Assembly (NCBI GenBank): GCA_038874595.1
Contig: JAVZCB010000001.1
Location: 1-64,000, forward strand
Reading direction: 5' to 3'
DNA length: 64,000 nt
From: Candidatus Micrarchaeia archaeon
GTDB taxonomy: Archaea > Micrarchaeota > Micrarchaeia > CAILAH01
This document shows, piece after piece, positions 36,875-45,354 of the stretch (within the stretch, counting starts at the first letter, position 1; the number at the start of each line of letters is the position of its first letter). The notes under the pieces were generated by a model. The model searched no databases, was not told where the DNA came from, and saw only the letters and a list, made by a program, of their open reading frames with translations. The position numbers and the translations under genes were made by a program.

Positions 36875-37465
36875 ATGGGTACTATAATAGGAATAGACCT
36901 TGCAGGTAGTGAGAAAAGAGATAGTGGTCTTGCCATAATGAGAAAAAATGTGTTCATTCATGTTGGAATTGTTCACACAGATAATGAGATACTAAAAATA
37001 ATCAAAGAAGCAAAACCAAAACTGGTTGCCATAGATGCACCGCTCACATTACCTAAAGGAAGGAAAAGTATAAATCAAAAAAATGATGTGCATTTTAGGG
37101 AGTGTGATATACAATTAAGAGAACGTAGGATACGGTTTTTCCCCATAACACTTGGCCCGATGCGAATGCTTACTAAAAGGGGAATAAAATTGAAAAAACA
37201 AATTGAAAAGCAAAGAAGGAGGGTAATTGAAGTGTTCCCGGGCGCCAGCTATGATATATGGAATGTTGAACGAAAAAATAAAGGGAAAATATTAGGATTA
37301 TTCAAAAAGATGGGGTTTAAATTTGTAAAGAGGGTGTACACGCAGGATGAGATAGATGCAATGTGTTGTGCAATAACCGGGCTGTTTGCATTAAAGAAAA
37401 AAGCAACCTCCCTGAATGGAAAAGATGGGTGTATATTTATACCAAAATTATTTTCAAAAGTTTAG
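36875..37465 (+). CDS. DUF429-type predicted nuclease (RNase H-like fold)
   Basis: GIDLA, AIDAPL, RECD, IEVFPGA, DEIDA. Confidence 0.8.
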   Translation: MGTIIGIDLAGSEKRDSGLAIMRKNVFIHVGIVHTDNEILKIIKEAKPKLVAIDAPLTLPKGRKSINQKNDVHFRECDIQLRERRIRFFPITLGPMRMLTKRGIKLKKQIEKQRRRVIEVFPGASYDIWNVERKNKGKILGLFKKMGFKFVKRVYTQDEIDAMCCAITGLFALKKKATSLNGKDGCIFIPKLFSKV

Positions 37466-37935
37466 TGCTTTTTAAAGGGATTGTACTCAGAACTGTGCTT
37501 GTATGTAGCCAGTATGACATAGGTTGATGTCCTTATAACTCCAGGAGTGTTTTGTATTTTTGCAATTACTTCTGTTAATTCGTTTATGTCTTTCACTTCA
37601 ACAAATGCAATTGCATCGCTCGGCCCGGCAGTTCCATATAACGCAATAAGCTGTGGAATATGCAAAATTCCACTAACTTGCCCATTCTTACCAACGTTTA
37701 AGACATTCACCCCGCGCGTTTTCATCATAATAGCAGCCCGCAGTTTAAGCCCAAGCTTACTGTAATCTATGTCCGCTGAGTATCTCCTTATTACACCTTC
37801 CCTTTCAAGCCTCTTTATTCTTAGCATTACCGTATTTGGATGTGCTTTTAATTTCTCTGCGATCTCCTTGTATGAAAGGTTTGCGTGTTCACGCAATTCG
37901 CGCAATATCCCAATATCTAAATCGTCAACTTTCAT
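37462..37935 (-). CDS. Lrp/AsnC transcription regulator
   Basis: DDLDIGIL..SYKEIA..RIKRLEREGVI HTH with a C-terminal RAM domain. Confidence 0.93.
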   Translation of the reverse strand: MKVDDLDIGILRELREHANLSYKEIAEKLKAHPNTVMLRIKRLEREGVIRRYSADIDYSKLGLKLRAAIMMKTRGVNVLNVGKNGQVSGILHIPQLIALYGTAGPSDAIAFVEVKDINELTEVIAKIQNTPGVIRTSTYVILATYKHSSEYNPFKKH

Positions 37936-37944
37936 CAGAGCACC

Positions 37945-38880
37945 TTACCATTCTATATCATCTTCCTCTTTGCTTTCTTGGTTGTTGAGAGCGTATTCTA
38001 TAATGTTCCAACCTCTTGCCGTTTTGTTAAGCAAATATTCCTCTCTCATGTTCTCATCGTCAATTTTTATATTTGTAATCACTTTATACCCACCACATTC
38101 CAACGGAGTATCATCACATTTTTTTTGCATGTTGTTTATGATCTCAAGTCTAATTTCTATATCTCTTCCTATGCCATTTTTAATATCCTCAATAAACTTT
38201 TTATATAGCGTCAAATTCTCATTATTCAGAGAAACTTCAAAACTGCTTGGCTTTTTTTGATACATATTATCTGCAATTATTTTTACACGGCCCTTTTCAA
38301 AGTAAACAAAAATGATATCTTTATTATCGCTATCTACATAGACTTGAGAGTATTGTGCGCTCTTATCATGTAAGTTTATTTTATAAGAAGGGTGAGTAGG
38401 CTTTTTGAATAAAATATCTTCGATGTGTCGGATTTCTATACTCACGTTGCTATACTCGCAAACATATTCTCCAAAAATATACAAATTATTACTTGTAATT
38501 TTGTTCACACAAATAGTATCCTCGTTTATAGAATATACTGCTTGGAGCACTTTTTTATCTTCTTCTGGTAACGTATACATGTAATATATTCCTTTTCCAA
38601 AGAGATACGAATACGATCCAGAGTGGGATAAATCTGTATCAATTATGCTGGAACAACCTGTGTTGATAATTTTGATTTGGGATTCATCATCTATGGATGT
38701 AGTTATAATTCCCTCTGCCATTACAGGCCTGCTCAGGAAAAGAGATGCGGCAATCAACCCGCCTGCAGCAATCTTCTTTAGAGCGTTCTTTGGTTTTAGA
38801 TTGTTGAGTTTATTTTTTACAAAGTCTTTTATCTTACCAATTTTTCCTTTTTCGTTTTCAACTTTTTTTATTTCATACAT
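37945..38880 (-). CDS. Secreted hypothetical protein, shared-leader family member 3
   Basis: Long Lys-rich n-region, then LIAASLFLSRPVMA/EG; AT-rich. Confidence 0.75.
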   Translation of the reverse strand: MYEIKKVENEKGKIGKIKDFVKNKLNNLKPKNALKKIAAGGLIAASLFLSRPVMAEGIITTSIDDESQIKIINTGCSSIIDTDLSHSGSYSYLFGKGIYYMYTLPEEDKKVLQAVYSINEDTICVNKITSNNLYIFGEYVCEYSNVSIEIRHIEDILFKKPTHPSYKINLHDKSAQYSQVYVDSDNKDIIFVYFEKGRVKIIADNMYQKKPSSFEVSLNNENLTLYKKFIEDIKNGIGRDIEIRLEIINNMQKKCDDTPLECGGYKVITNIKIDDENMREEYLLNKTARGWNIIEYALNNQESKEEDDIEW

Positions 38881-38894
38881 ATTTTACCACCTTT

Positions 38895-39866
38895 TCATAA
38901 TCTTGTACCAACAGACCCAAAATCTACAGGTACATCAAATTCTACTGATTTTTTTGAGTATTTTATTGAATGATTGCCAGATAGTGGGTTTATTATAAGT
39001 ATATTTTCATACTCTCTGCTTCCCTCTAAAATCAGTTCTATGTTTCCATTGTTGAATAATATTATAGAATACCTAAGATTTTTGATATACTTTTGCCATA
39101 ACAAACTAGCACTGTTATTGACATTATTGATTTTGTATGCGTATAATTTGTAGCCAGTAGCATTACCCTCTTTATCTTCAAATTTTCTAAGTGCAAAAAT
39201 ATAGTTTTTTGAATTTATTTTAGCACAGTAGATATCCGTAATATATATAGAGTCATAGTTTAAGGATAGTGAGTTGCATTTTTCATTGATTAAACTATTA
39301 AGCAGTGTGTTTTCAAATCCAGCGTATATTTCTTTGTTGTTTTTTGTGAGATACAGGTACAAATTAATTAGGTCTGCTTTATTGCATATTTTTAATGTTG
39401 TTTTGTTTTCGTTTTCATTTTCGTTTTCATTGTTCATCATAAAAACTACATTTTCAAAATTGTTTTTGTCTTCCTCTTGATCATTATTGATTTTTTTGCA
39501 TATGTATTCAGTGTTTTGGTATGGGATTTCAATACGGTTATTGTTTGCATCTTTGAAAACAATCACTTTGATAGGAACATTACTTTTTTCATTCGTATCT
39601 TTTTTTTCTTCGAAGCTTACTTTAACTTCGTTGCGAGGTTCTTCAGCCATCACCGGTTGTTTGAGGAATAGCGATGCAGCCATCATGCCATAAAACCCAT
39701 ATGTTGCAGTTTTTTTCAATTTCTCCTTAATGTTTGCAAACCGTCCGGTGTTTTTTTCTTTTACTACTTTTGCGCCAAGCTTTCCTTTGAAGAACTCTTT
39801 TGCTCCCGCAAAGAGATTTTTTTCCTTTTTAATTCCGATCTTTTTGAATTCATTCATATGCTTCAC
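38895..39866 (-). CDS. Secreted hypothetical protein, shared-leader family member 2
   Basis: KKTATYGFYGMMAASLFLKQPVMA/EE; AT-rich. Confidence 0.75.
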   Translation of the reverse strand: MKHMNEFKKIGIKKEKNLFAGAKEFFKGKLGAKVVKEKNTGRFANIKEKLKKTATYGFYGMMAASLFLKQPVMAEEPRNEVKVSFEEKKDTNEKSNVPIKVIVFKDANNNRIEIPYQNTEYICKKINNDQEEDKNNFENVVFMMNNENENENENKTTLKICNKADLINLYLYLTKNNKEIYAGFENTLLNSLINEKCNSLSLNYDSIYITDIYCAKINSKNYIFALRKFEDKEGNATGYKLYAYKINNVNNSASLLWQKYIKNLRYSIILFNNGNIELILEGSREYENILIINPLSGNHSIKYSKKSVEFDVPVDFGSVGTRL

Positions 39867-40725
39867 CTATACCAATTTTTTTAGTGTTAATCGAACTTAC
39901 TTCTTTTTTATTTGTACGATTTACTGCGCTTACATTCGTTTTATCACTATTCAAACACTTACTAATATTGAATGTATGAAAATCCTTTCCTACGGAATAC
40001 TGCAGATTTCCACCATCATAAAGTAGTGGGTCTTCACCATATATGGTTTTATTGCATAGATTTTTGATGTCGTTCTCGGTTTTGTAAACATGCAGGATAT
40101 ATTTCAAAATACTATTTCTGTCTTTTTCTAGTGCCAAAAAATACTTATCCGGTCCTTTTACAAAACATGCTTTATCTACGATGTTGTTGTTTTCTACACT
40201 TTGGCATTCTTCTTTAATCAGCATATCAAATTGGTCCTCGTCATACCTTGTATACATGCTATATCTGAATTGAGATGCTTTGTAGCTATTTGGGGAAGGC
40301 GCATATTTCCCAAGGATTTTCAGCAAGGTCCCAGTATTACATATAAAAGAGGTCACTTCCTGGTTTTGGGATTTTTTCAAAAATATGAGCTGCTCGTTAA
40401 AGGGAACTCCTTTATAATCATAGCATTTTACCATCTCTATATCTTCTGGTATTTTGATTTTCAATAGATACTCTTCTTTATTATTCCCCCTGAAAAAAAT
40501 CAACTCGTTATCATTCTTAGGGTTTTCTCTCACCTGCTCTATATTTAAGTTTTTGTAATTTTCTTCTGCCATTACCGGCGGTTTCATAAAAATAGACACA
40601 GCCATCAAGCCGTAGAGCCCATACTTCGCGGCCTTTTTTGTTGCTGATTTTATTTTTTCGAAAAGGCTTTTTCTTGGCCTATCAATATCAATACTCTCCG
40701 GGTTTTTGTGTTTGATGTTTTTCAT
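39850..40725 (-). CDS. Secreted hypothetical protein, shared-leader family member 1
   Basis: KKAAKYGLYGLMAVSIFMKPPVMA/EE; AT-rich. Confidence 0.75.
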   Translation of the reverse strand: MKNIKHKNPESIDIDRPRKSLFEKIKSATKKAAKYGLYGLMAVSIFMKPPVMAEENYKNLNIEQVRENPKNDNELIFFRGNNKEEYLLKIKIPEDIEMVKCYDYKGVPFNEQLIFLKKSQNQEVTSFICNTGTLLKILGKYAPSPNSYKASQFRYSMYTRYDEDQFDMLIKEECQSVENNNIVDKACFVKGPDKYFLALEKDRNSILKYILHVYKTENDIKNLCNKTIYGEDPLLYDGGNLQYSVGKDFHTFNISKCLNSDKTNVSAVNRTNKKEVSSINTKKIGIGEAYE

Positions 40726-40912
40726 GATTTGTTATTAGCATGTTAAATTTTATAAACTTTTTTGTTTTTTTTGTGTAAAACCACAAAAAATAAATATTAT
40801 ATTGTAAAAAATAACAAAATCATGTCTAGGTTCAATACATAAAAACGTCGTATTATCTGTCTAAGCATTGCACATTTTACTTGCTTATAAAATAGCACCT
40901 ATATAATTAGTC

Positions 40913-41377
40913 ATGGCAAAGGTGTATTCTGTTCTGTATGAGGGCAGGTTTGAGGATGGCCAGGTTTTTGATGCGTCAGAAGAAGGCGCACCGCTTGTTT
41001 TTATTGGCGGTGCGGGGATGGTTATAGAAGGTTTTGAAAAAGGCATAGAAGGTATGGAGCCTGGCCAAGAAAAGGAAATAATAATCCCTCCTGAGGAGGG
41101 ATATGGCTACGCACATAAGGAGCTAATCATCAAGATGCCGAAAAGTGTCCTCGAAGGCATGCCTGATGTGCGTCCCGGCATGGAGATTGTGGCAACATTG
41201 GAAAACGGTGAGCAGGTACCTGTGAAGGTCTTATCGCTAGATGAGAGCACAGTAACGTTTGATTTCAATCATCCGCTTGCAGGCAAGACGCTCATTTTTA
41301 GGATTAAGCTTCTTGACAAGCACGAGGCAACGGATGAGGAGCTCGAGCAATTTTTTGGGGAGAGGAATACACAATAA
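40913..41377 (+). CDS. FKBP-type peptidyl-prolyl isomerase (SlyD-like)
   Basis: YEGRFEDGQVFD, IPPEEGYG, DFNHPLAGKTL. Confidence 0.93.
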   Translation: MAKVYSVLYEGRFEDGQVFDASEEGAPLVFIGGAGMVIEGFEKGIEGMEPGQEKEIIIPPEEGYGYAHKELIIKMPKSVLEGMPDVRPGMEIVATLENGEQVPVKVLSLDESTVTFDFNHPLAGKTLIFRIKLLDKHEATDEELEQFFGERNTQ

Positions 41378-41415
41378 GTAGGATGCTTTATAATTTTACT
41401 AACTTATTTTATTTG

Positions 41416-41988
41416 ATGTCTATTGAAGACATAGCTGCAAAGGTTAAAGTATGTACAAAGTGCTCTTTGTGCAAGACGAGGATAAAAGCCGTACCCGGCG
41501 AAGGTAATTCAAACGCTAAAATAATGCTAATCGGTGAGGCGCCTGGTGCAAGTGAGGATGAGCAGGGTAAGCCATTTGTTGGTGCTGCTGGCAAACTGCT
41601 TAACCAAATGCTTGAAAATGCAGGGCTTAAGCGGGAGGATGTATTTATAACAAACATAGTAAAGTGTAGACCGCCCGGGAACCGGGACCCGTTGCCAGAG
41701 GAAAAGACTGCCTGTTCACCTTATCTTGATGCACAAATTGAGGCAATACAACCAGCTGTGATAGTTTGCCTTGGCAGGCACTCTGCTGAATATATGTTCA
41801 GTAAGTTTGGGATCGAGTTCCCAGGTATTACTAAAGCACGCGGCCAGCCTCGCAAGGTGGATTCACTTTTTGGCCATTTTATACTGTTCCCAACCTATCA
41901 CCCCGCTGCAACGATTTATAACCAGCAGCTTAGACCGGTTTTGGAGAGTGATTTTAAGGTGCTTGCAGGGTTAGTGAAAGCATATTGA
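41416..41988 (+). CDS. Family 4 uracil-DNA glycosylase
   Basis: CTKCSLC, GEAPG, PFVG, KCRPPGNR, HPAA. Confidence 0.95.
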   Translation: MSIEDIAAKVKVCTKCSLCKTRIKAVPGEGNSNAKIMLIGEAPGASEDEQGKPFVGAAGKLLNQMLENAGLKREDVFITNIVKCRPPGNRDPLPEEKTACSPYLDAQIEAIQPAVIVCLGRHSAEYMFSKFGIEFPGITKARGQPRKVDSLFGHFILFPTYHPAATIYNQQLRPVLESDFKVLAGLVKAY

Positions 41989-42070
41989 GCAAAATATTTT
42001 AACTTCTGATACTCTGATGTAAAATTAATTGAAGCATATATAAGCTTTTTCTATTTTAACTATACCACAC

Positions 42071-42421
42071 GGGCCAGTAGCTCAGCCTGGTCAGAGCGGC
42101 GGTCTTATATGGCTCCGTCTGATAAAGTATGTAAGACTCAGGCTAAGAGAGCCGTAGGTCGGGAGTTCAAAGCACTGATGGAAGGGGGCACATCCCCCTC
42201 GCACATTCGCACTTGCGAATGGCGCATCGTTTGGCTTTGCCAAACGATTGTCCCTCGTGTGGTCTACACCTAACCCCCTGAGATATGGAGGAGGTGTAGC
42301 ACTGATGGAAGGGGCACATCCCCCTTCTCAACCCACCTATCCCCTATGAGGGTTTGGGTGTGCGAAAGAAGTGGATTTGGGTTCCTCTCCACACTTTAGT
42401 TTGAAAATCTCCCCTGGCCCA
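42071..42421 (+). tRNA. tRNA-Ile(UAU) with two introns (37/38: 42110-42149; 59/60: 42172-42407, 236 nt)
   Basis: GGGCCAG/CUGGCCC-A acceptor, GGGAG/CUCCC T-stem, BHB helices CUUA/UAAG and UUCA/UGAA; TATATAA upstream. Confidence 0.85.
42172..42325 (+). repeat. ~27-bp palindromic direct repeat inside the tRNA-Ile intron
   Basis: GCACTGATGGAAGGGG(G)CACATCCCCCT at 42172 and 42299. Confidence 0.9.
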
Positions 42422-42430
42422 CTTAGAAAA

Positions 42431-42751
42431 ATGACAAGAAGAAGGCTAAGCGCGAAGAAGAAAGGCGTCGCATCAGACATCGCTCGCGAGAGGGTTATTA
42501 CCCTCCTGCAACTTGCCAAGAAGATGCTGGGGCAAGGGAGGGATGATGTCGCGAAACGCTACTGCTCTCTTGCGCGAAAAATCCAGCTCAGGTACAGGGT
42601 CAGGCTGCCCCGCAAGGGTCGGCTTGAATACTGTAAGAAATGCTTTATTCCCTGGGTTCCTGGAAAGAGCGTACGCGTCAGGCTCGATAGCAATCGGCGT
42701 TGCGTTGAGTATGCATGTGTATGCGGCCATAAGAAAAGGATAGTTTATTAG
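42431..42751 (+). CDS. rnp4: RNase P protein Rpp21
   Basis: IARERV..L, RY..LARKI, CKKC...CVCG zinc ribbon. Confidence 0.9.
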   Translation: MTRRRLSAKKKGVASDIARERVITLLQLAKKMLGQGRDDVAKRYCSLARKIQLRYRVRLPRKGRLEYCKKCFIPWVPGKSVRVRLDSNRRCVEYACVCGHKKRIVY

Positions 42752-42758
42752 AGGTGTA

Positions 42759-43181
42759 ATGATGGTAGGAGTATATGAAGTTGATGCAAACCGGCTTATA
42801 GCCGTTTTGGCAAAGAAACTTGAATCTGATGGAGTCGTTGCGCCGCCGGCCTACATAAAGTACGTGAAGACAGGGTCTCACGTTGAGTTTGGTCCTGAAG
42901 ATAAGAAGTTCTGGTATAAGAGGTGTGCCTCCATATTAAGGCAGGCATATGTTTATGGTACTATAAGTGTGGGAGGGTTGCGCAGGCATTATGGTGGTAG
43001 GAAAAGGCACGTTGTAAGGCGTTCTCATCATCGTGATGCTGGCGGGGCGATAATCCGTCGGGCGATGCAACAGCTTGAGAAAGCAGGGCTCTTGAAGAAA
43101 GAGGCCAAGGGCAGGTCGCTTACCCCGGCAGGTAGGAAGATGGTTGATGCCGCATGCAAGGAGGCAGGAAAAAGTGAGTGA
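42759..43181 (+). CDS. rps19e: Ribosomal protein eS19
   Basis: VKTG, WYKRCASILR, YGGRK, QQLEKAG. Confidence 0.97.
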   Translation: MMVGVYEVDANRLIAVLAKKLESDGVVAPPAYIKYVKTGSHVEFGPEDKKFWYKRCASILRQAYVYGTISVGGLRRHYGGRKRHVVRRSHHRDAGGAIIRRAMQQLEKAGLLKKEAKGRSLTPAGRKMVDAACKEAGKSE

Positions 43182-43182
43182 A

Positions 43183-43485
43183 ATGGATGACGATGAGCTG
43201 GAAGAGCTCCGGAAGAGAAAATTGCAGGAACAATATCAGGCCGCGTACCTTGAGCAGAAGTTGAAGGAGGTTATGCAGACCTTCTTGGAAGGCGCGGCGT
43301 ACGAGCGCGCAATGAATATCAGGAGTGTCAACCCAACGCTTTACAGGCAGCTTGCAATGGTGATTGCCCAACTTGCTGATAGCGGTCGACTGAGCAGGAA
43401 GCTCACCGAGAAAGAGCTCTTAGTTATTCTGTCGCGGTTAAGTGGCAGTAGGCGCGATCCTACGATTGAGATAAGGAGGAAGTGA
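43183..43485 (+). CDS. PDCD5/TFAR19-like DNA-binding protein
   Basis: [25 protein letters not shown]-terminus; conserved position after rps19e. Confidence 0.9.
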   Translation: MDDDELEELRKRKLQEQYQAAYLEQKLKEVMQTFLEGAAYERAMNIRSVNPTLYRQLAMVIAQLADSGRLSRKLTEKELLVILSRLSGSRRDPTIEIRRK

Positions 43486-43489
43486 TTAT

Positions 43490-43672
43490 ATGAAGAATGT
43501 AGATTATAGGCGTAAGAAAAAGGTTATGCTTGCAAAAAAGAGGAAGCAGAACAGGCGCGTGCCAATGTTTGTGATTGCCAGGACAAAAAGGAAGGTATCT
43601 GACAATCCGAAGAGAAGGCACTGGAGGTCAAGAAAGCTCGGCCTCAGCAAAGAGAAATTAAGAAAGATGTAG
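43490..43672 (+). CDS. rpl39e: Ribosomal protein eL39
   Basis: [15 protein letters not shown]. Confidence 0.95.
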   Translation: MKNVDYRRKKKVMLAKKRKQNRRVPMFVIARTKRKVSDNPKRRHWRSRKLGLSKEKLRKM

Positions 43673-43682
43673 GTGTGTGTAT

Positions 43683-44147
43683 ATGGATGAAAGGCTTTAC
43701 ACAATAAGTTTTAGCAAGATATACTCGCTTGGCAGGCACAGGGAGCGTGCGCGGAAGGCAATAAAATACTTACGTGCATTCTCTGCGAGGCATATGAAGA
43801 CAACGGAAGATAAGGTTGTCATAGGTACAGATGTGAACGAGTACGTGTGGAGGAATGGTATCCAAAGGCCTCCAAGAAAAATCCGTGTGAAGATGATGAA
43901 GGATAAGGATGGGACAGTGATGGTGTCCTTGGAGCAGCCTGCTGCTAAGGCAGAAGAAAAACAGCCTCAAGTTAAGAAAGAGAAAGCGGTCAAGCAGCCA
44001 ACAAAAATAAAGGCAGAGCAGAAAAAGCCTGCTGCCAAGCCTGAGAATAAGAAAACAGAACCAAAACAGAAAGAGCCTCCACTGAAATCTGGTGTTGTGA
44101 AGGCTGAAAGTGAGAAGGCAGCTCAGGCATCAGGTGCCGGGCAGTAG
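43683..44147 (+). CDS. rpl31e: Ribosomal protein eL31 with a Lys/Glu/Pro-rich C-terminal tail
   Basis: ERLYTI, RARKAI, RHMK, WRNGIQRPPRKIRV. Confidence 0.95.
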   Translation: MDERLYTISFSKIYSLGRHRERARKAIKYLRAFSARHMKTTEDKVVIGTDVNEYVWRNGIQRPPRKIRVKMMKDKDGTVMVSLEQPAAKAEEKQPQVKKEKAVKQPTKIKAEQKKPAAKPENKKTEPKQKEPPLKSGVVKAESEKAAQASGAGQ

Positions 44148-44166
44148 TGCAGGAAGTTGTTGGAAG

Positions 44167-44835
44167 ATGATAAAGCTAAACTTCTATGGCAATCCATACA
44201 TAGGTGTCTATGCAAAAGCAAGCGACCGTGTTGCGCTTATACCTCAAGATGCCCTTGATAAGTTTGAGGATTCTATCAGGCAACGCCTCAAAGTTGAAGT
44301 TTATAGGGCAACCATCGCATCTTCTGGCATACTTGGTATTTACACGGCGATGAATTCAAACGGTATTGTTGTTCCGAACCTGGCGTATAAGGATGAAGTG
44401 CATGCGCTCAGGAAGGAGACAGGAATGAATGTTTGCCAGCTGGATACCAAGTCAAACGCGATAGGCAATGTTATATGCTGTAACGATAAAGGAGCGATTG
44501 TATCAGATCTCCTTGAGAAATCAAATATAAAGAAGATTGAGGACTGCCTTGGTGTCGAGGCGGTCCAGCTTAGGATTGCCGGGTTTGCAACGGTTGGTGT
44601 TGCGTGCATAGCAACAAACAAAGGGCTTGTGGCACATAACAATATCTCCGATGATGAGCTGAAACAAATAGAGGAGGTACTGGGTGTTGATGGGATAAAT
44701 TCAAGTGTCAATATGGGGTTCCCGTTTCCTGCGTATGGCATTGTTGCGAACTCAAACGGGTATGTGGTTGGCGAGAAGACCTCAGGTATTGAGCTGATGC
44801 GCATTGAGCGTGGGTTAGGGTTTACAAAGAAGTGA
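44167..44835 (+). CDS. eif6: Translation initiation factor 6
   Basis: GNPYIGVY, NSNG/NDKG/TNKG repeats, GIELMRIE. Confidence 0.95.
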   Translation: MIKLNFYGNPYIGVYAKASDRVALIPQDALDKFEDSIRQRLKVEVYRATIASSGILGIYTAMNSNGIVVPNLAYKDEVHALRKETGMNVCQLDTKSNAIGNVICCNDKGAIVSDLLEKSNIKKIEDCLGVEAVQLRIAGFATVGVACIATNKGLVAHNNISDDELKQIEEVLGVDGINSSVNMGFPFPAYGIVANSNGYVVGEKTSGIELMRIERGLGFTKK

Positions 44836-44839
44836 TAGT

Positions 44840-45172
44840 ATGGTGCAGCCTGTTGTTTCATATGAAGATTTTCAGAAATTAGATATCAGGGTAGTGCGCA
44901 TAACCTCTGTTGAAAAAGTTGACAAGAGCGAGAAATTGCTTAAGCTTATTGTTAATACTGGGGAAGATGAGAGGGTGGTACTTGCAGGCATAGCACGCGA
45001 TTATGACCCAGATGAGCTTATAGGGCGCAAGGTGGTTGCAGTTTTAAACATGGAGCCTAGGCGCATTCTTGGTATTGAGTCAAAAGGTATGTTACTGGCA
45101 GCTGAAGAGGATGCCTTGCTATCTCTTCTCGTGCCAGATAAAGATGTTTCTGAAGGAAGCAGGATAGGGTGA
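44840..45172 (+). CDS. Stand-alone tRNA-binding OB-fold protein (Trbp111 / MetRS C-terminal-like)
   Basis: DFQKLDIRV, KLLKL, NMEPR, ESKGMLLA. Confidence 0.9.
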   Translation: MVQPVVSYEDFQKLDIRVVRITSVEKVDKSEKLLKLIVNTGEDERVVLAGIARDYDPDELIGRKVVAVLNMEPRRILGIESKGMLLAAEEDALLSLLVPDKDVSEGSRIG

Positions 45173-45176
45173 TTGT

Positions 45177-45353
45177 ATGAAATATGAGGTTTTGGGAAAT
45201 ATAAACATTAAGGGTGAGCTGAGGAAGTTCTGCATCGATATTGATGCTGCTAGTGAGAAGCATGCAAGGGACAAGGTAGCAGCATTTTTTGGCAGCAAGT
45301 ACGGCGTGAAAAGGAACGCAGTAAAAATCACAGAAGTTAAGAAGGGTGCATAA
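45177..45353 (+). CDS. rpl18a: Ribosomal protein eL20 (LX/L18ae); not in the ORF track (58 aa)
   Basis: Translated by hand: MKYEVLG..KFCIDIDAASEKHARDKVAAFFGSKYGVKRNAVKI; conserved position before pfdA. Confidence 0.9.
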   Translation: MKYEVLGNINIKGELRKFCIDIDAASEKHARDKVAAFFGSKYGVKRNAVKITEVKKGA

Positions 45354-45354
45354 A

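Noticed and set aside
37945-40725. Prophage or IS element
   Set aside because: No integrase, transposase, capsid gene or att duplication was recognised.
42332-42349. C/D guide in the Ile intron antisense to 23S GGAUAGGUGGG
   Set aside because: The match rests on recalled bacterial rRNA, pairing next to the AUGA box is broken and no proper C' box follows; kept only as a lead.
42172-42407. RNase P RNA or SRP RNA next to rnp4
   Set aside because: GAAGGGGGC resembles part of P4, but the GAGGAAAGUCC-type 5' strand and the SRP helix 8 motif are absent, and the segment is bounded by tRNA exons.
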